64,000 bases of DNA from Trueperaceae bacterium (GCA_965214405.1 OZ243956.1:4384001-4448000), one strand, 5' to 3'; shown: positions 18,224 to 28,504, counted from the stretch's first letter. The notes: generated from the letters alone by a model not told the origin. Made by a program: numbers and translations.

Positions 18224-18285
18224 GAGGGGCAGTTTAGCAGAGGGTACGCACCAGAACGTTCTCCGGTGTAGCGGTGTTTAGAAGG

Positions 18286-18792
18286 TTACTTTAAGCTCGC
18301 CAAAAAGCGCCGCACCTGCCGGGGTGTCCGCAGACGAACGACGGTTTTGGCGGGGGCGTGGTGCTCGAGCCGCCTCAAAACTTCAGGCCGCCTCTTGACG
18401 GGATAGTTCCAGACGTAAGCGAGAAAGGGCCAGTCGAGCCGTTCGTGACAGCCCGGGGCCATGTCGGGCCGCGCGCTCTCGCGGTAGGTCACAACCCGTT
18501 TGAGCACGCGCCACACGCAGAGGAGCCGGGGGGGGTCGAGGAAGATGATGGTGTCCGCGGCGGAGAGCCTCATATCCATCGTGCTCCCGTAGTTGCCGTC
18601 TACAATCCAACGCTCTCTCGCCAGAAGACCCTTTTGAAGCTCCGTCCACGCGTCGTGCGGCGTCTCCTGCCAACCTGGACGCCAGTAATGCACGTCGAGG
18701 TGCGTGGGGGTGACGTCTAAAATCTCGCCCAGTTCGCGCGCGAAGGTCGATTTGCCCGCCCCGCCCGAGCCGATGATGGCAACTCTTTTCAT
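18286..18792 (-). CDS. FlaR-like / adenylate-kinase-like P-loop protein
   Basis: IIGSGGAGKST, HLDVHYWRPGW, WIVDGNY, RPDMAPGCHE. Confidence 0.85.
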   Translation of the reverse strand: MKRVAIIGSGGAGKSTFARELGEILDVTPTHLDVHYWRPGWQETPHDAWTELQKGLLARERWIVDGNYGSTMDMRLSAADTIIFLDPPRLLCVWRVLKRVVTYRESARPDMAPGCHERLDWPFLAYVWNYPVKRRPEVLRRLEHHAPAKTVVRLRTPRQVRRFLASLK

Positions 18793-18817
18793 GATCTTTC
18801 CCGTGTAGGATTAGGCA

Positions 18818-19789
18818 TCAGGAAAGGAAGTCTAGCTCGAGCCCCACACCCCGCGCCTGAGCCTTGCCGAAAATCTCCCACGCCACCACCACATCCTGCC
18901 ACGCCAGCCCCACGCCGCCGTAAAGGGTGAGGTCGTCTGCGCTTGTGCGCCCCGCCTTGGTGCCCGCGATGACTTCACCGAGTTCGGCCTGAACCGCGTC
19001 AGGACCAAGGCCGACGTTGCCGAGCGCGCCCATTGTGAGGGTGAGGTCGCGGTCGTCGCAAAAAAAGCGGGACGCTTTGATGAGTTCCGCGCTCACCTCG
19101 GCCTTGCCCGGCTCGTCGGCACCCAGCGTGGTCACGTGCGCGCCCTCCGGGACCATCCCCGGAAAAAGAAAGGGAAAGGTGGACCACGTCGCCGTCACGA
19201 CGATGTCCGCGTCCATGACCGCCTCGGCGAGGGAGTCGGCGGGGACGAGTTTGGCCGGAATTTCCTCGGCCATACGCCGCACGAACAAGCCGGTCTTAAA
19301 GGGGGCGGTGTCGAAGACGCTCACCCGCTCTATGCGGCGCACCAGCCTTAGCGCCCGCAGCCCCCACGCGCCCTGCACCCCCGCCCCGATAATCGCCACG
19401 CGCGCCGCGTCCTCTCTGGCGAGCACATCGGCGGCCACCGCGTTAGCGAGCGCGGTGCGCACGGCGGTCAAGAGCCCTGACTCCATTACCGCGAGGAGCG
19501 CGCCCGTCTGGAGGTCGTGAAGCTGAACGAGCCCGCGGATGGCCGGGTCTTGGCCGGGGAATTTGGCGTGAACCTTGGCGGTGTAGGCGGGTACGGAAGG
19601 TAAGAGACCAGGAAAAAGGACCGTGGCGCTCGCTTTTCCGCCGGGTAGCGGCGAGCGGGCGCGTTGCGCGGGGAGGGTGCGTTCCAAAGAGTAGGCTCTA
19701 AACCCCTCACGAAGCTTGGGGAGGAGGGCGGTAAGGGTCGGGGGCTCGAGCAGCCTTATAATGTCCGAGCGGGTGAGCAGGCGGGTCAT
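18818..19789 (-). CDS. Ornithine cyclodeaminase / mu-crystallin family protein
   Basis: LTAVRTA, IGAGVQG, GADEPGKAE, GVGLAWQD. Confidence 0.9.
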   Translation of the reverse strand: MTRLLTRSDIIRLLEPPTLTALLPKLREGFRAYSLERTLPAQRARSPLPGGKASATVLFPGLLPSVPAYTAKVHAKFPGQDPAIRGLVQLHDLQTGALLAVMESGLLTAVRTALANAVAADVLAREDAARVAIIGAGVQGAWGLRALRLVRRIERVSVFDTAPFKTGLFVRRMAEEIPAKLVPADSLAEAVMDADIVVTATWSTFPFLFPGMVPEGAHVTTLGADEPGKAEVSAELIKASRFFCDDRDLTLTMGALGNVGLGPDAVQAELGEVIAGTKAGRTSADDLTLYGGVGLAWQDVVVAWEIFGKAQARGVGLELDFLS

Positions 19790-19795
19790 AGCTCA

Positions 19796-19834
19796 GTTTA
19801 CAGAGTTGGTTTACAGAGTTGGTTTACAGAGTTG
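19796..19834. repeat. Perfect 13-bp tandem repeat x3
   Basis: (GTTTACAGAGTTG)x3 immediately upstream of the cyclodeaminase start. Confidence 0.95.
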
Positions 19835-19916
19835 CGTCGGGGCTCGAGCAAAACGTTCAAGACGCACGCCGCTTTACAAAACGAGAGGATAGATTAAAGA
19901 GAATACTGGGGGGTCT

Positions 19917-20963
19917 ATGTCAACGCAAACGTTTGTGCGGCGCGTCCTTATCATTCTGGGTTTCGGTGTACTCACCGTCGCGCTCGCGGTGGCGCTGTGG
20001 CGCGCCTCGAGTATTTTCCTGCTCGCCTTTGCGGGGCTCTTGCTCGGCGTCCTTTTTCGCACGCTCTCTGGTCTGCTCGAGCGTTACGCGCGCCTGCCCA
20101 AAGGCTGGTCGCTGGCGGCGGCGGTGCTTCTGCTTTTTGTGCTGCTCGGCCTTGTGGGCTGGCTCGTCGGGCCGCGGCTCGCGGGCGAGGTGGACACGCT
20201 GTTGGGGACCCTGCCCACGTCGGTGAGCGGGCTCGAGGACAGGCTCGCCCGCTACGGCTGGGGGGAGCGGCTGCTCGAGCAGGCTCCCCTAACGGACGCT
20301 CTGCCCACCTCCAACTTGTTTTCGCGCCTCACCGGCACCCTGTCAACGCTGTGGACGGTCGCGCTGCACGTTATCTTCGTGTTCTTTCTCGCAGTCTTTT
20401 TTGCCTCGGAGCCGACGCTCTATCGGGACGGTCTGCTGCGGCTCGTGCCGAGGGCGCGGCGCGAACGTGCGGGCGAGGTGGTGAGCGAAATTTACGTCAC
20501 GCTCCAGGCCTGGCTGGTGGGCAAAATCATCTCGATGACGGTGGTGGGCCTCCTTACCGGGCTCGGGCTGTGGCTCCTCGGGATGCCGCTCGCGCTCACG
20601 CTGGGGGTGCTGGCGGGGGGGCTCGAGTTCATCCCCTTCTTCGGCCCCTTCTTGTCGTCGGTGCCCGCGATTCTGCTGGCGCTGACCGAGAGCCCGCTCC
20701 AGGCGGTCTATGTGGCGCTCCTTTACATCGTCGTCCAGCAGATCGAAGGCAACGTCATCTTGCCCATCGTCCACCAGAGAACGGTCGATTTGCCCCCCGC
20801 GCTTACTTTGGTGTCCGTGCTCGTGTTGGGCGGGCTTTTCGGATTTGCCGGTCTCCTCGTCGCCACGCCCGTCATGGCGGTCGGGCTCGTTCTGGTCAAG
20901 ATGCTCTACGTGGAGGACGTGTTGGGAGAAAGCGTGAAGCTGCCCCAAAGTCCCATTCCTTAG
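19917..20963 (+). CDS. AI-2E (PerM/TqsA) family transporter
   Basis: Multi-TM; FIPFFGP, VQQIEGNVILP, GLLVATP. Confidence 0.9.
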   Translation: MSTQTFVRRVLIILGFGVLTVALAVALWRASSIFLLAFAGLLLGVLFRTLSGLLERYARLPKGWSLAAAVLLLFVLLGLVGWLVGPRLAGEVDTLLGTLPTSVSGLEDRLARYGWGERLLEQAPLTDALPTSNLFSRLTGTLSTLWTVALHVIFVFFLAVFFASEPTLYRDGLLRLVPRARRERAGEVVSEIYVTLQAWLVGKIISMTVVGLLTGLGLWLLGMPLALTLGVLAGGLEFIPFFGPFLSSVPAILLALTESPLQAVYVALLYIVVQQIEGNVILPIVHQRTVDLPPALTLVSVLVLGGLFGFAGLLVATPVMAVGLVLVKMLYVEDVLGESVKLPQSPIP

Positions 20964-20988
20964 CGCCCTCCACCCGTTCCTGCTCAGC

Positions 20989-23820
20989 CTAATCAGCCGG
21001 TACGCCCCGGTAGGTTTTAGGGGAAAAGCCGCCGCCCCCGGTGTAAAAGAGGGTGCCGCCGACCGCGCCCGCGACGCCCGCGTTGCCCTCACCGGGCAGG
21101 GGGGTGAGTTCGGTCCAGGCGTCGGTCGCGGGGTCGTACGCTCTCACGTTTTTGACGTGCTGGGTGTGCGCTCGCTCGCCGCCGACGACGATGATGCGGT
21201 TCTCCACAACAAAGGTCGAGGAGGTGTGGTGCGACAGACTGTCTGGCAGGTCGGCCGCGCGCGTCCAGGCGTCCGTGGCGGGGTCGTAGCGGTGAACCAG
21301 CCGCTGCGTTTTCGCGCAGCTCTCGTAGCAGGTTTGCCCCCCGATGGCGTAGATTTTGCCCCCCAGCACGGTGAACCCCATGTGGCTTCGGGGGTTGGGG
21401 AGAGGCGCTTTGGACTCCCAGCCGCCGCCGTCCAGCGACAGCGCCCAGTGGTCGGCCTTGTCTTGGCGGTCGGTGTTGGTTCCCCCAAAAAAGTGCAGCT
21501 CGCGGCCTAAGCGCACGAGCCCGCCGGAGCCGCGAGCCTGCGGCAGCGGCGGCAGCGGCGTGCTCCAGGTGTCGGTTTTGGTGTCGTACTTGTACACCGT
21601 CCGCGTCGCCACTTCGGCGCGGGTGCAGTTGGGTTCGTTGCGGTAGCCGCCCGCCAAGTAGACGTCCAAGCCGTCCACCGCGACGCCCGCGTGCGTCCAG
21701 GCTTCGGGCAGGTCCTTAAGCCGCGTCCAGGTGTTTCTTGCCGGGTCGTAAACGTGAGACTGCGTGGTGGTGCAAAACGGGCTAAAGGAGGTGTAGCCCC
21801 CGAACACGTACATTTTGCCATTTGCCACGACGCCTTGCGCCTCAACGCGCTTGAGGGGCGCGCTGGCGGCACCCTGCCAGGTAACCTTTGTGAACACCTG
21901 GGCGGGCGGGGTGGGTGTGGACGCAGTCGGTGTACAAGACGTTGGCGAGCCTAAAAAGAGAGCTTCGTGGACGCGCGACGGGCTTCCCCCCGCCTGGGTC
22001 TTGCCCCCCGCGGCGATGTAGACGCCGCCGTTACAGACCGCCCCCTGGACGCCGTGCCGCGCGGTGGGCAGAGGCGTCAGCGTGCGCCAGGTGTTGGTCG
22101 CCGGGTTATACGCCTCGACCTCGTTATGGGCCTTTCCCCCGCCTTCGCCGCCGATAACGAGAATCTCGCGGCCCAGCACGGCCGTGGCGAAGCCGCTGCG
22201 CTCCGTCGGGAGGCGCGTCGGCAGTGTGGACCAGGTGCCCTTTGAGAAATCGTAGGCGTCGACGGCGGCGGTGGTCTTGTTGATGTCTTTGTCGCGTCCC
22301 CCAATGGCGTAAAAGGTTCCGTCCACCACGGCGGCTTGGAAGTGGTCTCTCACGCGCGGCATGTCCGGGAGCCGCTGCCAACGGTTTTGCGCGGGGTCGT
22401 AAACGTCAAACCACGCCACCGCCTTGGCCCCCGACCTGCCGCCGTTAAGCCCGCCCGCGTAATAGATCTTGCCGCCATGCACCGCGACGCCCCCCGCGCC
22501 GCGGCCTCTGCCTGCGGGCATCGGCGCGCCTTGCCGGAACGTGTTGGTCGTTGGGTTGTAGATATACACGGTGTTGACGTTGGGGCCGGGCCAGCCGGAG
22601 AGCCCGCCGATGTAGTAGATGAGCCCGTCCACGCTCACGCTTTGGATGTGGTCTAGGTTAGCGGGCAGCGGCGCGAGGGTGCGCCACGCGTTCTTGGCGG
22701 GGTCGTACGCCTCGTGGAGCGTGCCGCCGCCCGCGAGATAGAAGGTGCCGCCAACCTGCACGTAGGCGACCTCTTGCCGGTCTCGAGAACTGGACGCCAG
22801 CGTCCGCCACGCGCCCCGCCCGCCCCCCTCGTTGGTCACGGGGTCAACCACGGTGTCAATCACAGTGTTAACCACGGTGAACGTCACCGTGAGCGCTGCT
22901 TTCTTCGCGCCCGCCGCTCGAGCCCCCGCAAAGGGCGTCGCCGTTAAGGTGTGGCGACCCAGAGAGGGCGTCCAGGCGTAGTAGTCGCGCCCGCCGTTCC
23001 CGTCTCCGGCCAGCGCGTACGGCGCGACGTTCTCGGTCCGATAGTCTTTGCCGTCCAAGGTAAAACGCACGCTCCCCACCGGGGCGGCTAAGTCGGCGCG
23101 CACGCTCAAGCGGGTGCCCGTGCGCGCGACGTTGACGGTCGCGCCGTCCTCTAACGCGCCGAGCGGCGCGTCCGTGTCGGCGTTGATGAGGGTAAAGCCT
23201 GTTACGCCGTCGCCCGCGCCGTTATCCGCCGGAGACGTGAGCGGGAGGACTTCCAAGGCGGACACCTTGGGCTGGTCGACGCTCGAGCTGAAGTCGATGG
23301 TGAGCACCTCGTCGTTCACGTCCACCTCGTACGATTTGACGACCGCCGTGGCCGGGCCGACCTCCTTGTTGATGTCGTAATGCCTCAGCTCCGGCGTCCC
23401 GCCCTCTATGTTGACGCTGAAAACGCGCTTGCCCGCCCCGCCGGGGCCGCCCCCCGCCGCGCCCCAATAGATTTCGGCGAAGTGCAGCTTGACCTCGTAC
23501 CTTCCGGGAGACACCGGAACGTCATAACGAAAGCCGCCCAAGTTTTGCGTGGCCGAATGCTCGGTCAGGTACAAAACGTCGTCGTCCGTGCCTGCTATTT
23601 GCGTTACGCGGGCGTTTTGGTAGGGTTTGCCGCCGGAGACGTGCTCGTCTGCACGCCACCTGACGCCGTCGATGGTTACGCTCGGTCCTCCGGCGTTGAT
23701 GCGCAGGGGCTCGAGCTGCGAGAGCCATAAGGGCGGGTTGTCGGCCGCCACGGGAGGCGTGCCCGCGGAATCGCAGGCGGGCAGACCGATGAGGAGGAGG
23801 AGCAAGAGAGATCGTTTCAT
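20989..23820 (-). CDS. Lipoprotein: malectin domain + Ig-like domain + two kelch propellers
   Basis: Lipobox LPAC; RINAGG...VKLHFAEIYW...RVFSV malectin; about 12 GG-containing kelch repeats (Y-x-x-GG...YDP...W). Confidence 0.85.
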   Translation of the reverse strand: MKRSLLLLLLIGLPACDSAGTPPVAADNPPLWLSQLEPLRINAGGPSVTIDGVRWRADEHVSGGKPYQNARVTQIAGTDDDVLYLTEHSATQNLGGFRYDVPVSPGRYEVKLHFAEIYWGAAGGGPGGAGKRVFSVNIEGGTPELRHYDINKEVGPATAVVKSYEVDVNDEVLTIDFSSSVDQPKVSALEVLPLTSPADNGAGDGVTGFTLINADTDAPLGALEDGATVNVARTGTRLSVRADLAAPVGSVRFTLDGKDYRTENVAPYALAGDGNGGRDYYAWTPSLGRHTLTATPFAGARAAGAKKAALTVTFTVVNTVIDTVVDPVTNEGGGRGAWRTLASSSRDRQEVAYVQVGGTFYLAGGGTLHEAYDPAKNAWRTLAPLPANLDHIQSVSVDGLIYYIGGLSGWPGPNVNTVYIYNPTTNTFRQGAPMPAGRGRGAGGVAVHGGKIYYAGGLNGGRSGAKAVAWFDVYDPAQNRWQRLPDMPRVRDHFQAAVVDGTFYAIGGRDKDINKTTAAVDAYDFSKGTWSTLPTRLPTERSGFATAVLGREILVIGGEGGGKAHNEVEAYNPATNTWRTLTPLPTARHGVQGAVCNGGVYIAAGGKTQAGGSPSRVHEALFLGSPTSCTPTASTPTPPAQVFTKVTWQGAASAPLKRVEAQGVVANGKMYVFGGYTSFSPFCTTTQSHVYDPARNTWTRLKDLPEAWTHAGVAVDGLDVYLAGGYRNEPNCTRAEVATRTVYKYDTKTDTWSTPLPPLPQARGSGGLVRLGRELHFFGGTNTDRQDKADHWALSLDGGGWESKAPLPNPRSHMGFTVLGGKIYAIGGQTCYESCAKTQRLVHRYDPATDAWTRAADLPDSLSHHTSSTFVVENRIIVVGGERAHTQHVKNVRAYDPATDAWTELTPLPGEGNAGVAGAVGGTLFYTGGGGFSPKTYRGVPAD

Positions 23821-24167
23821 CAGGTTGGGGCCTCCAGACCCCGGTTTTTGGTCCGGACGTCTCCGGCTAAGTTTTTGTTACCCGCCTCCATGATCTGCGG
23901 TCACTTGCCACAGTGACCCACCAGCACGCCTTTTACGGCCAAAGGTGACGACCCGGATATTGGCTAAAACAACGTTTGACTACCGGAGGGTAACGCTCCA
24001 GATTCTTATGAGAGCCAGATTAGTATACACCGTTTCTCGAGCTTTTACCAGGGCTTCCGCCCGAAATCAACGTGAACTTTGAAAACTGAAAACTTACCCT
24101 GATCCAAGGTGGTGAGAAACGGGCCGCAGCACGTAAAAAATACAAACAGCCTGTGACGGGCTTCGCG

Positions 24168-25493
24168 CTACGCCGACCAACCCTGGCGGCGGGCAAAGCG
24201 CCCTAACGCCTCGGCGGCCTCGTCACGCGTGCGTACGTCTCCTACGGCCTCCGCTTCTTTAAGAAAGCGCACCGCCTCGCCCACCTGGGGGCCGGGAGGG
24301 AGCCCAAGCAGCGTCATCACCTCACGCCCGTCGAGCAGGGGCTTTGGCGGGAGCGGCTCGCTCAAGATTTCCAGCACGCGCGCGAGGGCGGTGCGGTAGC
24401 TCCGGCGGCTTGCCTCGCTCGACTGGGGTCCCCGCGCCGCCTCGCGGTCGGCAATCATGAGTTTCAGGAGGTCGGGCAGGAGGTCGCGGCGGCGGTGGAC
24501 GAATCTGCGCGCCTCTTTGCGGTTTTTGGGCAGCGGCAGCATGTGGTAGCGCACCAGGGCGCTTGCACGCACCCCCCGTTCGTTGGGCGCGCGCAAGCGG
24601 CGCAGGATGGTTTTGGTGAGCTCGCCCCCGAGCTTGTCGTGACCGTAAAAGTGATAAAAACGCCCGCGCTCGTGGCCTTCGGCACTCTCCGGGCCAAAAG
24701 TTTTGGTTTCGGGCTTGCCCACGTCGTGCAGCAGCGTGGCCCAGCGCAGCGTGGGGCCAGCGTCGGGAAAGCCGAGCGTGAGCTGACGAAGCGCCTCAAG
24801 GGAGTGCTTAAGCACGTCCAGATGATGAAATCCCCCCTGTTCAACCCCGCGCGCGGCGGCGAGTTCGGGCAGGTAAACGTCCAAAAGGTAAAGGTCTGCG
24901 AGTAGCCCCAATCCGTGCGCCGCGCGTTCGCCCATGAGCAGCCGGTCGAGTTCTTCCCCCACGCGCTCCCACGCGGGCAGGGGCGCGTCGCCCGAAGCTT
25001 GCGCCTCGGCGAGCTCACGAATGGCGGCGCTCGTGCGGGGCTCGAGCCCAAACCCCAGCCCCGCCGCGAGCCGCACCCCGCGAAGCGCGCGCAAGGGGTC
25101 TGCAAAAAGATTGTCGCGGCTCACCATCCGTAAGGTGCGTTTCTCGAGGTCCGCCCGACCGTCCAGCGGGTCGATAAGCTTGCCCTCACCATCCGCAGCC
25201 ACCGCGTTCACGGTAAAGTCGCGGTCGCGCAAGTTAGCCTCGAGCGCCCCCTCCAACCGGATGTAGTCGCGCGTCACGCTTCCCGCTTCACCCTCTGCCA
25301 CCACCCGCCAGTGCCCGCGGGGCTCATCCAAAGGAAAGACGCTGCCGGACAGCTCGCGCGCCACCTCCCGCGCCGTTCCTTCGGGGTCGGCAACAAGCCA
25401 GTCGAGGTCGGCGAAGGGCCGTCCCAAAAGCGCGTCGCGCAGCGCGCCGCCGACCAAATATCCGCCCGCCGGTAAGGGCGTAAACTGGTTCAT
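24168..25493 (-). CDS. tRNA nucleotidyltransferase with HD domain (probable CC-adding type)
   Basis: YLVGGALRDALLG, DLD, RDFTVNA, DPLR, LLHDVGKP. Start placed at ATG 25493. Confidence 0.85.
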   Translation of the reverse strand: MNQFTPLPAGGYLVGGALRDALLGRPFADLDWLVADPEGTAREVARELSGSVFPLDEPRGHWRVVAEGEAGSVTRDYIRLEGALEANLRDRDFTVNAVAADGEGKLIDPLDGRADLEKRTLRMVSRDNLFADPLRALRGVRLAAGLGFGLEPRTSAAIRELAEAQASGDAPLPAWERVGEELDRLLMGERAAHGLGLLADLYLLDVYLPELAAARGVEQGGFHHLDVLKHSLEALRQLTLGFPDAGPTLRWATLLHDVGKPETKTFGPESAEGHERGRFYHFYGHDKLGGELTKTILRRLRAPNERGVRASALVRYHMLPLPKNRKEARRFVHRRRDLLPDLLKLMIADREAARGPQSSEASRRSYRTALARVLEILSEPLPPKPLLDGREVMTLLGLPPGPQVGEAVRFLKEAEAVGDVRTRDEAAEALGRFARRQGWSA

Positions 25494-25576
25494 GTCAACC
25501 GTAATCACATCTTCCGTGTTTTTGCGAAACGCTCGAGCCAACCACTTCACGTTTCCCATTATATGAGACGCGCTAG

Positions 25577-26182
25577 ATGAGTCCTGTACCCCTCAAAATC
25601 GGCCTAACCGGCAACATCGGCTCGGGCAAATCAACCGTCGCGCGGCTCCTTATCGAACGGGGCGCGGCGCTCGTTGACGCGGACGCGCTCGCGCGGGAGG
25701 CTGCCTCGGACCCGCAGGTGCTCGCAGCTATCGCTGAGAAGCTGGGGGATGACTTGGTAAGAGGGGGAGGACTCGACCGCGCCGCCACTGCCGCGCGGGT
25801 GTTTGAGGACGCCGAAGCTCGAGCAATCCTTAACAGCATCATCCACCCCTGGGTGAGGCGCGAGAGCGCCGCGCGGGTGGAGGCGCTGAGGATGCAGGAT
25901 GAGCCGCCACGCGTTATTCTCATGGATATTCCCTTGTTGTATGAGAACGGGCTCGAGGCGGGCCTTGATGCCGTCATCGTCGTAAACGCGCCCCTGGCCG
26001 TCCGTGTGAAACGCGTGGGCGCGCGTAGCGGCTTGAGTGAGGCCGACGTCGTGGCAAGGGACGGCGCGCAGCTTTCCTTAGAAAAAAAAGTGGCGCGGGC
26101 GGATTTCGTGCTCGAGAACAGCGGTGATTTGGAGGATTTAGAACGGCAGGTCGAGGCGCTGTGGCGAGAGCTTAACAGTTAG
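25577..26182 (+). CDS. coaE: Dephospho-CoA kinase
   Basis: IGLTGNIGSGKST, DAD, IIHP, DIPLLYE. Confidence 0.95.
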   Translation: MSPVPLKIGLTGNIGSGKSTVARLLIERGAALVDADALAREAASDPQVLAAIAEKLGDDLVRGGGLDRAATAARVFEDAEARAILNSIIHPWVRRESAARVEALRMQDEPPRVILMDIPLLYENGLEAGLDAVIVVNAPLAVRVKRVGARSGLSEADVVARDGAQLSLEKKVARADFVLENSGDLEDLERQVEALWRELNS

Positions 26183-26265
26183 ATTCAGTCCACCTCTCAT
26201 CAACCGTAAGCGCATCTCACCCCCGTCAACTTTGGGTATGAAATGATGACCCGTTAGTCGGACGA

Positions 26266-27858
26266 GTGACATTTTTCACACTCGTTTTATTTGAGGCAGG
26301 AGCGGCGAGAGAGGGGGCTTTTTTGACGCTATCTGTTTATCCGAGACGTACATCCTTACATGTTCACCGAAGGCTGAAACGACTTCACACCCTCTTCTGG
26401 TTCCTGCTTTTCGTCGTCTTCCCGCTTGCCACGGTGCCGACGCCCTTGCTCAAGCTCCTGCGGGGCGAGGGGGCCGCGTTCCCGGATGGCGTGTTCGCCG
26501 AGGCCATTATCCCCAAGCTCATGGTGTTCGTGGTGCTGTGGCCGCTGGGTCTCGGGCTGGTTTTTTGGGAGCACAGGGCGCGGCAGGCCCAAAGCGCCCA
26601 CAAACAAGCGCGTGTGCGCCCCCTCGTATCGACGCCGCTGGTGTGGCTGTGGCCGTTTCTGGTGGTGCTCATCGCCTCGAGCCTCTTCAACCGGACCAAC
26701 CTCAATTTTGAGCTTCCCGGCGTCCACGGCCGGGTCGAAAGCGTGCTGGCGACGCTCCTCGAGGCCGCCTGGTACAGCCTCATTTTTGTGACGTACAAGC
26801 TCGTCTCGAGCCGGGTGTTGCCGCTCAAAACGCCCTTGAAATGGATGACCGGGGGCGCGCTCGCGGTGGCGCTGTGGACGCTTTTAGAGGCGTACGGCGT
26901 CGGCCCGTTGGCGCTCTTGGGCTCCGTATTGGGCCGCAACGCGAGCTCCGGGATAGGCGCGTCGATGGGTCATCACGGCTTTTTGGCGGCGTTTCTGGGC
27001 GTCACCCTGGTGGTGTGGAGCGCCTGGCGCGTGCTGAGTAGGCGCGTGAGGTTTGTGGACGCGAGCATCACCGGGGTCTTGAGCGCGGCGCTCGTGGCGA
27101 GTGGGGGAAGGGCGGGTATCCTCGCCGCCGGGTTTTGCCTGGTGGGGCTTTTGGGCTACCTGCCGCGCTACAAGCATTTTCGGCTGGGCGCGCTTACGCT
27201 GGGCGCGGCGGCGGTCTTAGCGGGCGCGGCGGTCGTTGTGACTTTGCCCCACGCTGAAGAGAGGTTGGCGCGCGTCGGCGCGGCGGTCGAGGGAGCCGAC
27301 CCGTCGCTCAATCACCGCTTTGTATTTTGGCGCATCGCCGCCACGGCCATTCTCAAACGTCCGTTAGTCGGTTACGGCCCCTCGAGCTTCGCCAACATAT
27401 CCTGGCGCTACGCCACCCCCGAACAGGCCGACGTGCTCTTAGCGGAATTCTTGCCGCCCGACATCGCCAAGCGCGCGGTCCACATCGGCAAAATCGCTTT
27501 TTACTACGCGCCTATTGAAAAGACGCTCGAGGTGCGCGTCATGAACCGCTACAAGGCGCACAACTACTTTTTCGACCTCGCCCTGGCGAGCGGCCTGCCC
27601 GCCTTGGCGCTTTTTATCGGCCTCATGGTGTCGTGCCTCCGCGCGCTCTACAGGTCTAAGCACCCCGTCGCGCTCGCCGCGTGTTTGGGGCTCATCACCT
27701 ACCTCGTCTACGGGATGGCCTACTTTTCGGTCATCATGGTGGACCCGCTCGTCTGGGCGCTCGTGGGGGTTGGGCTGGGGAGTGCGGCGCTCGAGCCCTT
27801 AACGCTAGCGGAGAGGGTGACGGGGCGGAGGAAGGTGCGCGGGCTGCGCCATGTGTAG
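26266..27858 (+). CDS. O-antigen ligase / O-oligosaccharyltransferase-family membrane protein
   Basis: Multi-TM; SGGRAG, R.VFW, PLVGYGP, AHNYFF. Start uncertain. Confidence 0.75.
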   Translation: MTFFTLVLFEAGAAREGAFLTLSVYPRRTSLHVHRRLKRLHTLFWFLLFVVFPLATVPTPLLKLLRGEGAAFPDGVFAEAIIPKLMVFVVLWPLGLGLVFWEHRARQAQSAHKQARVRPLVSTPLVWLWPFLVVLIASSLFNRTNLNFELPGVHGRVESVLATLLEAAWYSLIFVTYKLVSSRVLPLKTPLKWMTGGALAVALWTLLEAYGVGPLALLGSVLGRNASSGIGASMGHHGFLAAFLGVTLVVWSAWRVLSRRVRFVDASITGVLSAALVASGGRAGILAAGFCLVGLLGYLPRYKHFRLGALTLGAAAVLAGAAVVVTLPHAEERLARVGAAVEGADPSLNHRFVFWRIAATAILKRPLVGYGPSSFANISWRYATPEQADVLLAEFLPPDIAKRAVHIGKIAFYYAPIEKTLEVRVMNRYKAHNYFFDLALASGLPALALFIGLMVSCLRALYRSKHPVALAACLGLITYLVYGMAYFSVIMVDPLVWALVGVGLGSAALEPLTLAERVTGRRKVRGLRHV

Positions 27859-28049
27859 TGCTCGAGGGCTATGCCGAAATTAGCGTATTTTTGCGTGAAA
27901 AATTCCGTAAGGAGGTTGCCCGTAAGTGTTGAGCAAGCTCCCCTTCTGACGTTGGGGTTGCCCCAGTAAGATGCCTCTATAACGGCTTTCATCAGCCTGC
28001 GACTGTTGTCAAACATAATGGGAAGTATATTACGTGTGTGACCCTAGCT

Positions 28050-28502
28050 CTAATGAGAAACTAAATGTTCCAAATGCTCTGGAATCCTAAGTTGTCTTGC
28101 ATTGACGTTACCTGGCTTCTTAGCAATACGGTCTTCCATTTTACTTGGTCTGCTAAGACTAGCAGCACAAGGGGGGTTGTGTCGCTCGAAATGCCTTTGT
28201 ATCTGTTCTAAGCTGGAGATGAAATTTGCAGCTATTTCTTCCATGCTCACGCCTTCCTTTTTCTTAACGTAAAGCATTCGAGCGCCAGCTTGCACAATCG
28301 CTAGAATCTCCGCGTCCTTAATTCTAGTGCGCTTGTCGTCAGTCACCGCTATCCACCCTTGCGCAGCAACTTTAGGTATCCAAATCACGTCATCCTCATC
28401 ACGCTTGAAGTGGTCACGATGGAGTTCAACGTGAATGCCAGCATTGCGTAGGGGGTTGGCAAGCTTAGGGCCATCCATACAAGCGTCAATAAAGAACGTC
28501 AA
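28050..28502 (-). CDS. VapC45-like PIN toxin
   Basis: FFIDACM, HRDHF...DDVIWI...GWIAVTDD; AT-rich. Confidence 0.8.
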   Translation of the reverse strand: MTFFIDACMDGPKLANPLRNAGIHVELHRDHFKRDEDDVIWIPKVAAQGWIAVTDDKRTRIKDAEILAIVQAGARMLYVKKKEGVSMEEIAANFISSLEQIQRHFERHNPPCAASLSRPSKMEDRIAKKPGNVNARQLRIPEHLEHLVSH

Positions 28503-28504
28503 CG

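Noticed and set aside
19796..19834. CRISPR array
   Set aside because: The repeats are directly adjacent 13-mers with no spacers, and there are no cas genes in the window.
27720..28016. 98-aa ORF as a third gene of the VapBC45 islet
   Set aside because: It overlaps the ligase 3' end in antisense and has no recognisable motif, so it cannot be supported.
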